Assembly (NCBI GenBank): GCA_963730935.1
Contig: CAVSTP010000004.1
Coordinates: 416,001-480,000, forward strand
Origin: an uncultured Nitrospiraceae bacterium
GTDB taxonomy: Bacteria > Nitrospirota > Nitrospiria > Nitrospirales > Nitrospiraceae
Direction of reading: 5' to 3'
DNA: 64,000 bases
The translations under genes and the position numbers were made by a program. Under the pieces are notes generated by a model. The model made no database searches, was not told the DNA's origin, and worked only from the letters and a program-made list of their open reading frames with translations. Of the stretch, positions 19,941-30,562 are shown piece after piece. Within the stretch, counting starts at the first letter, position 1, and each line of letters starts with the position of its first letter.

Positions 19941-20385
19941 GCTCTCAGCCTACGCCCAAGGGAGGGGGAGGCGCCTATCAGGAAAGACCCGCGAGGGGAT
20001 CTCACAGGTGAGGTCGCTCACTGGCGACACGGCGGCAGGACAATGCGCGGAATCCTCACTGGATCAAGATCAAGGATCCGGTACAGTCAGAGGGAAGGCC
20101 GAGCGGACTTGTTCAAGCGAGTAGGGTAGATCCTCGGTAGTTAACCAGCGCGCGAAACGACATGAAAAATCGGGCTTACAAGTTGGCAGCGAATACCGTC
20201 CAAATGCTCACGAACCGTGCAGGGCAGACCGGCACTATGGCAAGGAAGCGGCAGCATGGAGCAGACCAATGTGACGTATACAGGAGTGGCTTGCAAATGC
20301 CTCTCTGTGCCCATTGAGATACAGCGAATAGCGACTTATCGCACAGCCAATCTCACAACAACTCACTACTTCAGAGAATAGTGAA

Positions 20386-21303
20386 TTACGCCGGATTTGC
20401 GCAGAGGCGTGCGATTTGTCGTTCGACTTGCGGGGAGAGCTGGGCAAAGGCCAGGCCAAATTCCTGCGCATGACTCCAGCGCACCGTGGCGCCTTCGATC
20501 GTCAACGGTTCTACCCCGTTATGTGGAAAGATCCAACACACGATCTTGGCTCCGACAGGGACGGCGACGGAGCTTCTCAGCCGACAGCCCCCTGGGGACA
20601 GGTCTCGGAGCTCTCCCTCTCCGGCGAACGTCTGACTGCTGGAGGCGAACTGGCTTCGGCATCGAATCCCCACCCGCTTATGGCGGCGCTGTACCATCGG
20701 ATTGCGCTGAATCACTGCGGGACGGCCGGAAGCCACGAGGGGTGTGGCACGTCGCAGTGTGACTGCCTCCGGAGGGGTCTTTCGGCGCAACTTCTCCTTT
20801 TCAGTTGGTAACGCTGTCGGTTGCCGCTTCCAGTTGAGCAGCGACAGACTCCGGCGTTGAAGATAGCGGCAGATACCGAGCAAATCGGCCGATCTGAACG
20901 GACGGGTCAAGAACGTGGCACGTGTCCGGCTTCCACAGAGCTGTTTGATCCGATCATCGACATCGAGAAAGCCGCCGTCCGCCTGCCGAACCCAACCATA
21001 GGCTTCCAGCGCGTCCGCGTGGCGCCCTAACGATTCCAGGGTCTGTCCCAAGAGATAGAGTACATGCACCTGCTCATTGGGCGACAGAGTTGACGAGGCG
21101 AGCGCTTTCTCGAGTGCCGTGGCGGCTTCACCGTGACGACCCATGGCACGGAAGCAGAGGGCCGTCTGTGTATGGGCTTTGCCAGCATAGTTTGGATCCT
21201 GAATCGCGCTTTGGAAATCCGCCAGGGCTCGGTCGTACATCTTGGTCTGCCGTAGCATTCGACCGCGTTCATACAACTCACGTGCCGACATGCGTGTGTC
21301 CAT
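20386..21303 (-). CDS. TPR + PilZ domain protein (paralog of 16352-17293)
   Basis: TPR N-terminus; RRHKR and DLSPGG, VRWS...FGLAF; RBS GGAGG. Confidence 0.85.
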   Translation of the reverse strand: MDTRMSARELYERGRMLRQTKMYDRALADFQSAIQDPNYAGKAHTQTALCFRAMGRHGEAATALEKALASSTLSPNEQVHVLYLLGQTLESLGRHADALEAYGWVRQADGGFLDVDDRIKQLCGSRTRATFLTRPFRSADLLGICRYLQRRSLSLLNWKRQPTALPTEKEKLRRKTPPEAVTLRRATPLVASGRPAVIQRNPMVQRRHKRVGIRCRSQFASSSQTFAGEGELRDLSPGGCRLRSSVAVPVGAKIVCWIFPHNGVEPLTIEGATVRWSHAQEFGLAFAQLSPQVERQIARLCANPA

Positions 21304-21687
21304 GCCTGGTCCTCCGTCATGGCGCCTCCAGAACGATTTGTGTCACCATTGAGCAAAAACAAGACCTGGCCATTCTCGCCCTCGATCCAGAAAACCAAAC
21401 ACTTAGGCGATGGACGCATGCACGCCGTGAGTTTTGGCGATCATAAACGTGCATTCGAGTGGGCTGACGTACACTCACACAGTGATTGACAAAAAATGTT
21501 CCACAGCATCTCTCGAAGGATCTCAGCCAGGTGTTGCAGTAAAGATGACAGGCCCGTAGAAGAAAATGGCTCCAATTAGGCGAAATACCGGGGGAAACCC
21601 GGTTCCTGCCAGGCTGGTATTACGAACCTCGAATATGAAAAGATAGAGATTCTAGTCCTTAAGCTGTCGATAGCGATTCGAAGCCCC

Positions 21688-24648
21688 ATGCGTAGGTTCT
21701 TTCGACCGATCCCACTCGCGATCTCCGCTCTCACGCTACTCTTGGTCTACACCCTGGCCGGTTTCTTCCTCGTTCCCCACATTATTAAGACCAAGGTCTT
21801 GCCGGCTGTGTCGGATCAGCTCCGCCGCCCTGTGACAGTCAAAGATGTCGAATTCAATCCTTTCGTGCTGTCGCTCAAAATGACCGAATTTGAAATCCAA
21901 GAGCAGGACAGCACTCCGCTAATCGGGTTCCAGGAATTCTTCATCAATTTTCAAACGAGCTCAATCTTTCACCGCGCGTATGTCTTTGATGAAATTCGAT
22001 TTGCACTTCCGTACGTTTCCGTCAAGGTAGGAAAAGACGGCCATGTCAATCTGGCCGCTTTAGGGCACTCGGAAGAGACTGCCCCATCTCCAGAAAAGGC
22101 AGCATCTTCCGAGGAGCCAGCCGCTCCTTCCTCTAGCCCTGCGACGGGATCTGACACTAGCGCGGAACTGCCCGCGGTCATAATCGGACATTTTGAAATC
22201 GCCCAAGGCATTGTGGAATATCGCGATGCGTCGAAAGCGAACCCCGTGTCGGTCGATGTGGTTCCCATCAATCTTAGTCTCAAGAACTTTCATACAAGAA
22301 GGGGAGGCGACAACAGCTATTCATTCGTTGCTGAGCTGGGCAAGAACGAGATCCTCGACTGGAATGGAACGGTGTCCCTTGAGCCGATCGCGTCGGAAGG
22401 CACCCTGTCGCTCAGCGGCGTTAGAATCGCGACACTGTTTCAGTACGTGCGGGACCAGTTTCAATTCGACATTCCCGAGGGAAACATCCGGGCGATCGGG
22501 CGATACCGGTTCGCGTTGGGCTCATCGCTCGACTTCGAAGTCAGCGAAACACTGCTGCACCTCACCGACGTCGGAATCGTGGAAAAAGGAAACCCCTCCC
22601 CTGTCATCACCCTCCACACGCTCTTCCTCGACGGAATTCATGCCGACCTTGCGCAGCGCAAAGTCGAAATTGAGAGTCTGAGTTTGAGCAAGGGAACAGA
22701 ACACATCTGGCGCAATGCCGACGGTTCGATCAATGTTCAGACCCTTTTCGTGCCGGCACACACCGAGACCAAAGAGGAACGTCCGGCACCCCGCAAGAGC
22801 CCGTCCTGGACCGTCTCACTCGCGGACGCGAAGATTGTGAACCACACTATTGAATTTGAAGACCGCACGCTGACGCTTCCGGCACGGATGAAGATTACCG
22901 ACCTCTCGGTGCACACGCATGACGTGGTCTTTCCATTCAAAGGACCCATTCCGGTGACTCTTGACCACCATCTCAACGAGACAGGGACCGTGTCGGCCGA
23001 GGGGAAGGTCGTCATGCAGCCGTTGCAGGCAGAGGTGACGATGGCGTTGAAGGATATCGCCATTCAGCCTTTTGAGCCCTACCTCGAGCCGTTCGCGCGT
23101 ATCACCGTCGACAGCGGCGCCATCGACCTCGATGGAACGCTCCGCTTCGCTTCCGAACATCCGAAGGGGCCGCTAATGGCCTTTGAGGGGAATCTTAGCG
23201 TGAAGACCTTGGCGATTGCTGAACGCGACGAGGGGGCTCTCGTGGCCTCATGGAAACAGGTTGGGTTGCGCGACATCGCACTCACGCTTGACCCGACGAG
23301 CGTCACGATCGAAGAAGTAGGCATCAACCAACCGACGGTGCATCTGGTGATTGATCGGGACGGCAAGCCTAACATCAAGAAATTGCTTCCTCCCCCCGGG
23401 GCGGCACACACGCCACCTCCTGCCGAACGACCGGCAGTGCAAACGAAAAAAGGACCGCCCCCTTCGATCGCGATCAAAACAGTCAAGGTGCTCAGGGGGA
23501 CGGCCACGTTCGAGGACCAATCTATCTCTCCGGCCGTGCAGGCCGGAATGTACGATCTGACGGGAACTGTGAAAGGCCTCTCGTCAAAACAGGTCGCAAA
23601 GGCGGAGGTGGACCTTTCCGGAAAGATCGATAAGGTGGCCCCGTTGAAGATCGCAGGAACGATCAATCCGTTGACGGAGAACGCTTTCACAGACTTGACG
23701 ATCAAATTCGACAATCTCGATCTCACCACAGCCACGCCTTACAGCGGTAAGTACGCGGGCTACCCAATCAAGAAAGGAAAATTGTTCCTGGCTCTGGCCT
23801 ACAAAGTATCGCAAAAGCAATTGGAAGCCGAAAACAAGGTAACGGTTGATCAACTCACGTTTGGAGAAAAGACCGACAGTCCCGACGCCACGTCCTTGCC
23901 GGTCCCTCTGGCGGTGGCGCTCTTGAAGGACCGTCAAGGCCGCATCGACATTGATCTCCCGATCCGAGGGGATCTCAATGATCCGGATTTCAAATACGGC
24001 AAAGCGGTCTGGGCGACCTTGGGAAATCTTCTGACCAAGATGGTGGCGTCGCCCTTCAGCCTCATGGGCAAGCTGGTTCCCGGCGGCGGAGATGGAGAGG
24101 AGTTGCAGCACCTGACCTTCGAGCCCGGGTCGGCGGCCATCGCTCCGTCAGAACTAAAGAAGATCGATGCACTGATGAAAGGGCTGGAGGAACGGCCCGG
24201 TCTGCGTCTCGAAATCACCGGCACCGCCGATCCCAGCCGCGACCGCCAGGCGATGGCGCTACAGAAATTGCACGAATTGCTCCGCAGTCGTTGGCGGCAG
24301 GAGAACGGCAGCACAGTAGAGGCTGACCTGCCCGTGAGTGCGGAAGGACGGCTGATCACCCAGCTCTTCGACCAATTGCCTCGCCAACAGTCATCCGAGT
24401 CTAAACCACCGGATGCCGCGTTCAAGCCGCCCACCATGGAGGAGATGAAGCGCCAACTGGCGGAATCAATTCGAGTCGATGACGACGCGCTTCGCGCTCT
24501 GGCCCGCACGCGCGCCGCGCAGGTGCAAACTCTCATGATAGGGGACGGCAAACTGCCGGAGGAACGCGTGTTTTTGACCGATGTGGACCTTACCACGTCC
24601 AATCATGACAAAGTGGAAAGCCGTCTTAATATCACGACCGGATCGTAA
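21688..24648 (+). CDS. DUF748 (AsmA-like) domain protein
   Basis: N-terminal TM, NPF.LS, YSGKYAGY.I.KGKL, ALLKD..G.IDIDLPI.GDLNDPDF. Confidence 0.88.
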   Translation: MRRFFRPIPLAISALTLLLVYTLAGFFLVPHIIKTKVLPAVSDQLRRPVTVKDVEFNPFVLSLKMTEFEIQEQDSTPLIGFQEFFINFQTSSIFHRAYVFDEIRFALPYVSVKVGKDGHVNLAALGHSEETAPSPEKAASSEEPAAPSSSPATGSDTSAELPAVIIGHFEIAQGIVEYRDASKANPVSVDVVPINLSLKNFHTRRGGDNSYSFVAELGKNEILDWNGTVSLEPIASEGTLSLSGVRIATLFQYVRDQFQFDIPEGNIRAIGRYRFALGSSLDFEVSETLLHLTDVGIVEKGNPSPVITLHTLFLDGIHADLAQRKVEIESLSLSKGTEHIWRNADGSINVQTLFVPAHTETKEERPAPRKSPSWTVSLADAKIVNHTIEFEDRTLTLPARMKITDLSVHTHDVVFPFKGPIPVTLDHHLNETGTVSAEGKVVMQPLQAEVTMALKDIAIQPFEPYLEPFARITVDSGAIDLDGTLRFASEHPKGPLMAFEGNLSVKTLAIAERDEGALVASWKQVGLRDIALTLDPTSVTIEEVGINQPTVHLVIDRDGKPNIKKLLPPPGAAHTPPPAERPAVQTKKGPPPSIAIKTVKVLRGTATFEDQSISPAVQAGMYDLTGTVKGLSSKQVAKAEVDLSGKIDKVAPLKIAGTINPLTENAFTDLTIKFDNLDLTTATPYSGKYAGYPIKKGKLFLALAYKVSQKQLEAENKVTVDQLTFGEKTDSPDATSLPVPLAVALLKDRQGRIDIDLPIRGDLNDPDFKYGKAVWATLGNLLTKMVASPFSLMGKLVPGGGDGEELQHLTFEPGSAAIAPSELKKIDALMKGLEERPGLRLEITGTADPSRDRQAMALQKLHELLRSRWRQENGSTVEADLPVSAEGRLITQLFDQLPRQQSSESKPPDAAFKPPTMEEMKRQLAESIRVDDDALRALARTRAAQVQTLMIGDGKLPEERVFLTDVDLTTSNHDKVESRLNITTGS

Positions 24649-24735
24649 GTAGTTCCCTCTTGAACTTGCTTCCGAGGGGACAGTATCGTAGATCGGTCAT
24701 TCGCTCATCAGACTTTGATCACAAGGAGGTCAGTC

Positions 24736-25371
24736 ATGGCTCTACGATTGGGAGATGAAGCCCCGAATTTTACCGCTGAGACCACCGAAGGCACGATTAA
24801 CTTTCATGAATGGCTGGGTAACGGCTGGGGTATCCTCTTTTCTCACCCCAAGGATTACACCCCCGTTTGTACGACCGAACTGGGGACGGTGGCAAAGATC
24901 ACGAACGACTTCAAAAAGCGGGGAGTCAAGGTGATTGCCATCAGCGTCGATCCACTGGACTCTCACAAGGGATGGATCAACGACATCAATGAGACCCAGC
25001 ACACGACAATGAATTACCCCATCATTGCGGATCCGGACAAGAAGGTCGCCACCCTGTATGACATGATCCACCCCAATGCGTTGGATAATATGACGGTCCG
25101 CTCGGTCTTCGTGATCGGGCCGGACAAAAAAGTCAAGTTGACCTTGACCTATCCGGCGTCATGTGGACGGAATTTCGATGAATTATTGCGCGTGATCGAT
25201 TCACTCCAGTTGACCTCGAAGTTCAAGGTGGCCACTCCGGCTAATTGGAAAGACGGCGAAGACTGCATCATTACGCCAGCGGTCAACAACGATGAAGCCA
25301 AGACCCTGTTCCCGAAAGGCTTCAAGACGGTGAAACCCTATCTCCGGTACACGCCACAGCCCAACAAGTAA
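24736..25371 (+). CDS. 1-Cys peroxiredoxin (Prx6 family)
   Basis: FSHP.DYTPVCTTE, ATPANW; RBS AGGAGG. Confidence 0.95.
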   Translation: MALRLGDEAPNFTAETTEGTINFHEWLGNGWGILFSHPKDYTPVCTTELGTVAKITNDFKKRGVKVIAISVDPLDSHKGWINDINETQHTTMNYPIIADPDKKVATLYDMIHPNALDNMTVRSVFVIGPDKKVKLTLTYPASCGRNFDELLRVIDSLQLTSKFKVATPANWKDGEDCIITPAVNNDEAKTLFPKGFKTVKPYLRYTPQPNK

Positions 25372-25386
25372 TCTCAGCGCGGTAGA

Positions 25387-25433
25387 ACAGAGGGCGGGAA
25401 GGCGCAGTGGCTTCTCCCGCCCTCTGTGTTTCT
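25387..25433 (+). terminator. Hairpin after the peroxiredoxin gene
   Basis: ACAGAGGGCGGGA / TCCCGCCCTCTGT 13-bp stem followed by GTTTCT. Confidence 0.6.
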
Positions 25434-25451
25434 GAGCCGTGGAGCACCGTC

Positions 25452-26465
25452 ATGAAGGCCGTCGGACTCTATCAATACCTGCCCATCGAAAAGCCGGACA
25501 GTCTGGTTGACCTTGAACTGCACAAACCGGAACCCACTGGACGGGACCTGTTGGTTCGCGTCGAGGCCGTTTCCGTGAATCCAGTCGATACCAAGGTTCG
25601 TGCTCCCGGCAAACCGGCGCGCACGACGCCGCTCGTGCTCGGGTGGGATGCCGCTGGAGTAGTCGATTCGGTCGGGCCGGCGGTTGAGCGCTTTAAACCG
25701 GGGGATACGGTTTTTTATGCGGGCGATATCACCAGGCAGGGAAGCAATAGCGAATACCAGCTCGTGGATGAGCGGATTGTGGGACACAGACCCCGGTCAC
25801 TCGCTGTCGAGGAAGCGGCGGTTCTCCCTCTGGTCTCCATTACGGCGTATGAAGCTTTGTTCGATCGGTTGGGCATTGATGCGGCGGGGCAGTCCCGCGG
25901 CCGTACCGTGCTCATTATTGGTGGCGCAGGAGGTGTCGGCTCGATGGCGATTCAATTGGCGAAGCACGCCGGCCTGACGGTGCTCGCCACCGCATCCCGC
26001 CAGGAATCGACTGACTGGGTGAAGCAGCTCGGTGCGGACCATGTACTGAATCACCGGCAGCCGTTGCCTCCGCAGCTCGAGGCCGTTGGATTGAAGACCG
26101 TCGACTCTATCCTGAACTGTGCCGATACGGACGGCTATTGGGACGTCATGGCGGATTTGATCGTCGCTCAAGGCAAGATCTGCACGATTGTCGAAAATAA
26201 GGGGGCGCTGAATCAACAGCTCATGAAGCTGAAAAGCGCGACCCATGTCTGGGAGCTGATGTTTACGCGCTCCAAATACCAGACCGCAGATATGACCGAG
26301 CAGCAGAAGTTGCTTGACCGCATCGCGGACTGGACCGATCGCGGTACGCTCAAAGGAATTCTGCGGGACACGCTACAACCGATTAATGCGGAAAACCTCA
26401 GGAAGGCGCATGCCAGGCTGGAGTCTGGCACGATGATCGGCAAGATTGCGTTAAAAGGCTGGTGA
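25452..26465 (+). CDS. Zinc-type alcohol dehydrogenase-like / quinone oxidoreductase (MDR family)
   Basis: SVNPVD.K, LGWDAAG, GGAGGVGS. Confidence 0.92.
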   Translation: MKAVGLYQYLPIEKPDSLVDLELHKPEPTGRDLLVRVEAVSVNPVDTKVRAPGKPARTTPLVLGWDAAGVVDSVGPAVERFKPGDTVFYAGDITRQGSNSEYQLVDERIVGHRPRSLAVEEAAVLPLVSITAYEALFDRLGIDAAGQSRGRTVLIIGGAGGVGSMAIQLAKHAGLTVLATASRQESTDWVKQLGADHVLNHRQPLPPQLEAVGLKTVDSILNCADTDGYWDVMADLIVAQGKICTIVENKGALNQQLMKLKSATHVWELMFTRSKYQTADMTEQQKLLDRIADWTDRGTLKGILRDTLQPINAENLRKAHARLESGTMIGKIALKGW

Positions 26466-26484
26466 CGGCGGGATGGCCTATCGC

Positions 26485-28662
26485 TCACACCAGTAAGAGT
26501 CCGGAGGCCCTAATCCTTTTCCAGGACGGCTGTTTCACAAACGAGGTGAACTCGGCTGTGCTCCCTGGAAATGCCCGCCTGAGTTCGCGCCACGACGGAT
26601 ACGTTCCTCCCCGCTCACTCCGAAGCCGCCCCTCTCGAAGGAGACCGCTCAGCCACATCGCGTGCGCCGAAGGGAGCGTCATAGTCGTTTCCTTCCCGCC
26701 ACCGGGAACATGGAGTCTTGCGCGTTTGCCTTGGGCTTCAACAACCGGTACCCCACCGATCCAGACACAGTGCCGTTCTACAGCGGCGACGTCATCACTG
26801 CGACGTTTCTGGAGAGTGCGGTTCGCCCATTTGGATGAGACGCGAGGGCGGGGAGTGCGGTAATCGAACCACTTTCTCACGTCCATGGACAAGCCTCTGC
26901 CTTCGATGAAGTTCAGCATGGAACGGCGCAATCCTTCGCCGATCCATTCGGGCGTTTGACCCCGTCGATCGAGATGGATGAGGTCGTTTTCGGCAAAGCC
27001 CTGAAAGTCAGGCCCGAGAATGCGCAGCCCGTTGGCCCTGGGGTCCAGGCCAATGGGACTGTGCGCGGTTGCGGTAAAGCGATGCCAAAACGCCGATTGG
27101 ACAAGATCGGCGGAGAACAACTGGCGGACTCGTTCCAAGGAGTCGATGGTTTCCTGCACGGTTTCCGATGGAAAGCCGTACATGAGATAGGCGTGCACGA
27201 GAATATCTGCCTCTCTGAAGGCTGCGGCAACCCGTGCGGTCTGATCGACCGTGATGCCCTTTTTCATTTTGACGAGCAAGCGATCCGAGGCGGCTTCGAG
27301 CCCAGCTGTGACGGCAATGCACCCGGACGCAGCGAGCAGACGGCACAGATCCGGCGTGAACGCTTCTTCGAAGCGGATGTTGCCCCACCATGAGATGCGG
27401 ACGTCACGTTCCAGCAACGCAATCGCCAGGGATTTCAACGCCGCCGGCGGCGCGGCTTCGTCCACGAAGTGGAAGGTTCGCCGGCCGGTCTCCTCGATCA
27501 GACGCTCGATCTGGCCGACGAGGTGCTCGGTCGGAGTGATTTCGTAGCGGTTGATGTAATCGAGCCCGACATCGCAAAAGGTACATTGTTTCCAATAGCA
27601 GCCGTGCGCCACGGTCAGTTTGTTCCAATGGCCTTCCGACCAGAGGCGATGCATCGGATTCGCGCTGTCGAGGATGCACAAGTAGCGGTCGAGCGCCAAT
27701 CCCTGATACGTCGGACACCCCAAGTCGCTCAAGGAAAAATTCCGGAGGTTGGGGTCACTGGCAAACTGCACGCGATCGTGGTTGCGGTAATAGGTGCGGC
27801 AGAGTGATGCGAGCGGCCGCCGGCTGTCGAGATGCTCAAGCACGGACAGTAAGGGCCGTTCACCGTCATCCAACGTGATGAAATCGACATAGTCGAAGAC
27901 ACGCGGATCGGACACGCGGCGCAATTCCGTATTGACGTATCCACCTCCGAGCGCGACGGCGATGCCGGGATGCCGCTCCTTGACCGCTTTCGCGATGCGA
28001 AAGGCTCCGTAGACGTTTCCTGGAAATGGCACCGAGAGGCCGAGGAGGCCGGGCTTGATCCGGTCAATGTGTTGCCACAAGGCCTCGAGCATGAATTGAT
28101 CGGTCAGACTCGGCGTCTCCTGAAGAGCGGCTAGCAGCCCATCGAATGACGAGGCGGATCGTGCAATGTGTTCTGCGTAACGGCTGAGCGCAAAGTGGGG
28201 CGTGATCGTCGCCTGAACCAGATCGGCAAGGTCTTCGAGTAACAAGGTCGCTGTCTGCTTGGCCTTGTCCTCGGTTGAGGCGTTGCGAGGCAACGGCGGC
28301 CGAGTGCGAAATCGCGGTCCTTGGGGCACAGACCCGCGCCGCGCCAGCGAACCCGTCAGTGACGGGGCTTTGCCTTGCAGGTATGCCACAACGGGATCGA
28401 TGTGATCGAGAATCGCTGCCCGATTCACCAGCATCCGGCGCGCTTCCGGATGGAGCAAATGTTTCTTCGACTGAAGCTCATCAAAGACTTGGCTCAGTCC
28501 CTGCCGGCTGAACAGGCGTAGGACCATCTCAATCCCTAGGTCGGCCTGTTCACAGTGAATGCCTTTGGAGCGAAGAAAACCGGTCAAATAGGCAGTCGAA
28601 GGGTAGGGAGTGTTCAGTTGCGTCAGTGGAGGAATCAGAAGTAAGACAGTGGGCATGCCCAT
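26485..28662 (-). CDS. B12-binding-domain radical SAM protein
   Basis: PP.TQLNTPYP, GGGY.N, CYWKQCTFC (CxxxCxxC), YLMYGFP. Confidence 0.9.
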   Translation of the reverse strand: MGMPTVLLLIPPLTQLNTPYPSTAYLTGFLRSKGIHCEQADLGIEMVLRLFSRQGLSQVFDELQSKKHLLHPEARRMLVNRAAILDHIDPVVAYLQGKAPSLTGSLARRGSVPQGPRFRTRPPLPRNASTEDKAKQTATLLLEDLADLVQATITPHFALSRYAEHIARSASSFDGLLAALQETPSLTDQFMLEALWQHIDRIKPGLLGLSVPFPGNVYGAFRIAKAVKERHPGIAVALGGGYVNTELRRVSDPRVFDYVDFITLDDGERPLLSVLEHLDSRRPLASLCRTYYRNHDRVQFASDPNLRNFSLSDLGCPTYQGLALDRYLCILDSANPMHRLWSEGHWNKLTVAHGCYWKQCTFCDVGLDYINRYEITPTEHLVGQIERLIEETGRRTFHFVDEAAPPAALKSLAIALLERDVRISWWGNIRFEEAFTPDLCRLLAASGCIAVTAGLEAASDRLLVKMKKGITVDQTARVAAAFREADILVHAYLMYGFPSETVQETIDSLERVRQLFSADLVQSAFWHRFTATAHSPIGLDPRANGLRILGPDFQGFAENDLIHLDRRGQTPEWIGEGLRRSMLNFIEGRGLSMDVRKWFDYRTPRPRVSSKWANRTLQKRRSDDVAAVERHCVWIGGVPVVEAQGKRARLHVPGGGKETTMTLPSAHAMWLSGLLREGRLRSERGGTYPSWRELRRAFPGSTAEFTSFVKQPSWKRIRASGLLLV

Positions 28663-28722
28663 GTGGTCAGATTACACAGGGAAGGAAACGAAAGCCAGAT
28701 GCGTCATTCATGGAGGACGACC

Positions 28723-29502
28723 ATGCTGCAGCCGATCCCGTGCTTGAGCCTCCTGTTGTTTATGACGGCCGCGCCGGCCTTGGCCGGAATTGATGAAAGC
28801 AAGCTCGTGGATCTGACGTATCCGCTCGACGAACGGACGGTCTTCTGGCCTTCCAACAAGCCGTTTACCTGGGAAAAATCCTCTTGGGGCAAGACCACAC
28901 AGGGATACTGGTATGCGTCCGCGGAGTTTTCGATGTCTGAACATGGAGGCACGCACATTGATGCGCCAATTCATTTCGCAGAGGGACGGCAGGCGGTCGA
29001 TGAAATTCCTCTGCAGAAGTTGATTGCTCCGGCTGTGGTCATCGACGTTCGGCCGGCGGTTGGCGGAGATCGGGATTATCGGTTGTCCAGACAGGATCTC
29101 GAGAAGTGGGAGCGCGGGCACGGTCCGATTCCGCAAGGCGCGGTAGTCCTGATGCTGACGGGATGGGGGCAGCGATGGCCGGATAAATCGCGTTACCTCG
29201 GAAGTGCGACGCCATCGGATCCGAAGACGCTGCATTTTCCCGGCTTCTCAAGAGAAGCGGCGGAATTTCTCGTCAAGGAGCGCCACATTGACGGCATCGG
29301 CATTGATACACCGAGTATAGACTTCGGTCCTTCTCAGGACTTTATCGTGCACCAGATCATCAACGGAGCCAACTGCTATGGGCTCGAAAACGTTGCCAAC
29401 CTGGAAAAGGTTCCGCCCAAGGGTGCCATCTTGATGGCATTGCCCATCAAGATCAAAGGGGGAACAGGCGGACCAGTCCGAATAATCGCGATTCTTCCCT
29501 GA
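28723..29502 (+). CDS. Cyclase / kynurenine formamidase family protein (exported)
   Basis: EHGGTHIDAP.HF, GIDTPS.D, GLENVANL; signal peptide. Confidence 0.9.
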   Translation: MLQPIPCLSLLLFMTAAPALAGIDESKLVDLTYPLDERTVFWPSNKPFTWEKSSWGKTTQGYWYASAEFSMSEHGGTHIDAPIHFAEGRQAVDEIPLQKLIAPAVVIDVRPAVGGDRDYRLSRQDLEKWERGHGPIPQGAVVLMLTGWGQRWPDKSRYLGSATPSDPKTLHFPGFSREAAEFLVKERHIDGIGIDTPSIDFGPSQDFIVHQIINGANCYGLENVANLEKVPPKGAILMALPIKIKGGTGGPVRIIAILP

Positions 29503-29533
29503 ACGCCATGGACGTCCTATTCACGCTGTTCAA

Positions 29534-30439
29534 TCACTCCTGACGGCCTTTGAAGGTCAGCTCGGCAATGCCGGATTTGTCTAGATCACCACGGCCCAAA
29601 GCGACGAGCCGTTGATATTGATCGTAGGTGGCTTGTGCCAAAGGCAAGTCCAGTCCAGCAGCCCTGGCCAGCGCGAGAGCAATGCCTGAATCCTTCGCAG
29701 CATGGGCCGCCGAGAAATAGCATTCGTGGGCACGAGCCTGCATGTCCTCGCCGTCTGTCTCCAACACACGCGACGCGGCGCCGGTTTGACCGAACACTTC
29801 GCGCAGCACCGTAAGGTCCAAGCCGAGTGCAGCTCCAAGGCCCAAGCCTTCCGCCAAGGCCGCCGTGTTGCAATTCATGACCATGTTGACCAGTGCCTTG
29901 ACTTTGGCGGCTTCGCCGGCGCCGCCAATGTACCGGATCGTTGACCCGAGCGCCTCCAGCAGCGGTTTGGCGTGAGCGAATGCGGCCGGTTTGCCTCCAC
30001 ACATCAAATAGAGCGTGCCTTGGCGCGCCTGAGTGATGCTGCTGGCCATGCAGGCTTCGAGGCATGCGCCGCCTTGCCGTTCAACAGCCTCTTCGACCTC
30101 GACATGCACCGACGGTGTGATGGTGGCGCAATTGATGAACAACCGGTGTTTTGCAAAGGCCAACAGGCTCGACGGAGTCTCCTCGGCATAGATCGCGCGC
30201 ATCGCCGCATCATCCGACACTACCGTGACGATCACTTGCGACACCTCAGCCACGCGTGCCGGCGTCGGTGCCACCTCGCAGCCGAGTTCACGCGCAAGTG
30301 CTTGCGCGACTGGAGGATCGCGATCCTGGACTGCGGTAATGCGATGGCCCTGATCATGGAGCCGACGAGCCATATTGGCTCCCATGCGCCCAACTCCGAC
30401 AAACCCGATGTGGCCCATACCCGTGCTCCTAGTTACCAT
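29534..30439 (-). CDS. NAD(P)-dependent beta-hydroxyacid dehydrogenase (3-hydroxyisobutyrate DH family)
   Basis: IGFVGVGRMG.NMA, K.LVN. Confidence 0.88.
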   Translation of the reverse strand: MVTRSTGMGHIGFVGVGRMGANMARRLHDQGHRITAVQDRDPPVAQALARELGCEVAPTPARVAEVSQVIVTVVSDDAAMRAIYAEETPSSLLAFAKHRLFINCATITPSVHVEVEEAVERQGGACLEACMASSITQARQGTLYLMCGGKPAAFAHAKPLLEALGSTIRYIGGAGEAAKVKALVNMVMNCNTAALAEGLGLGAALGLDLTVLREVFGQTGAASRVLETDGEDMQARAHECYFSAAHAAKDSGIALALARAAGLDLPLAQATYDQYQRLVALGRGDLDKSGIAELTFKGRQE

Positions 30440-30562
30440 GTGATGAAGTGATCGTTTCGCTGATATGCCTGACCGCTTTGACGATCGTCAAGGACGATAT
30501 CTCTCTAACAGGAAGAAAGGAAGGGCGTGGAGGGTGGCGGCGAAGCTGCTCTCACGGATGAG

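Noticed and set aside
19960..20035. c-di-GMP riboswitch near the PilZ genes
   Set aside because: Could not find the GEMM consensus (GGCAAA..GAAA..GCAAAGC) on either strand by eye
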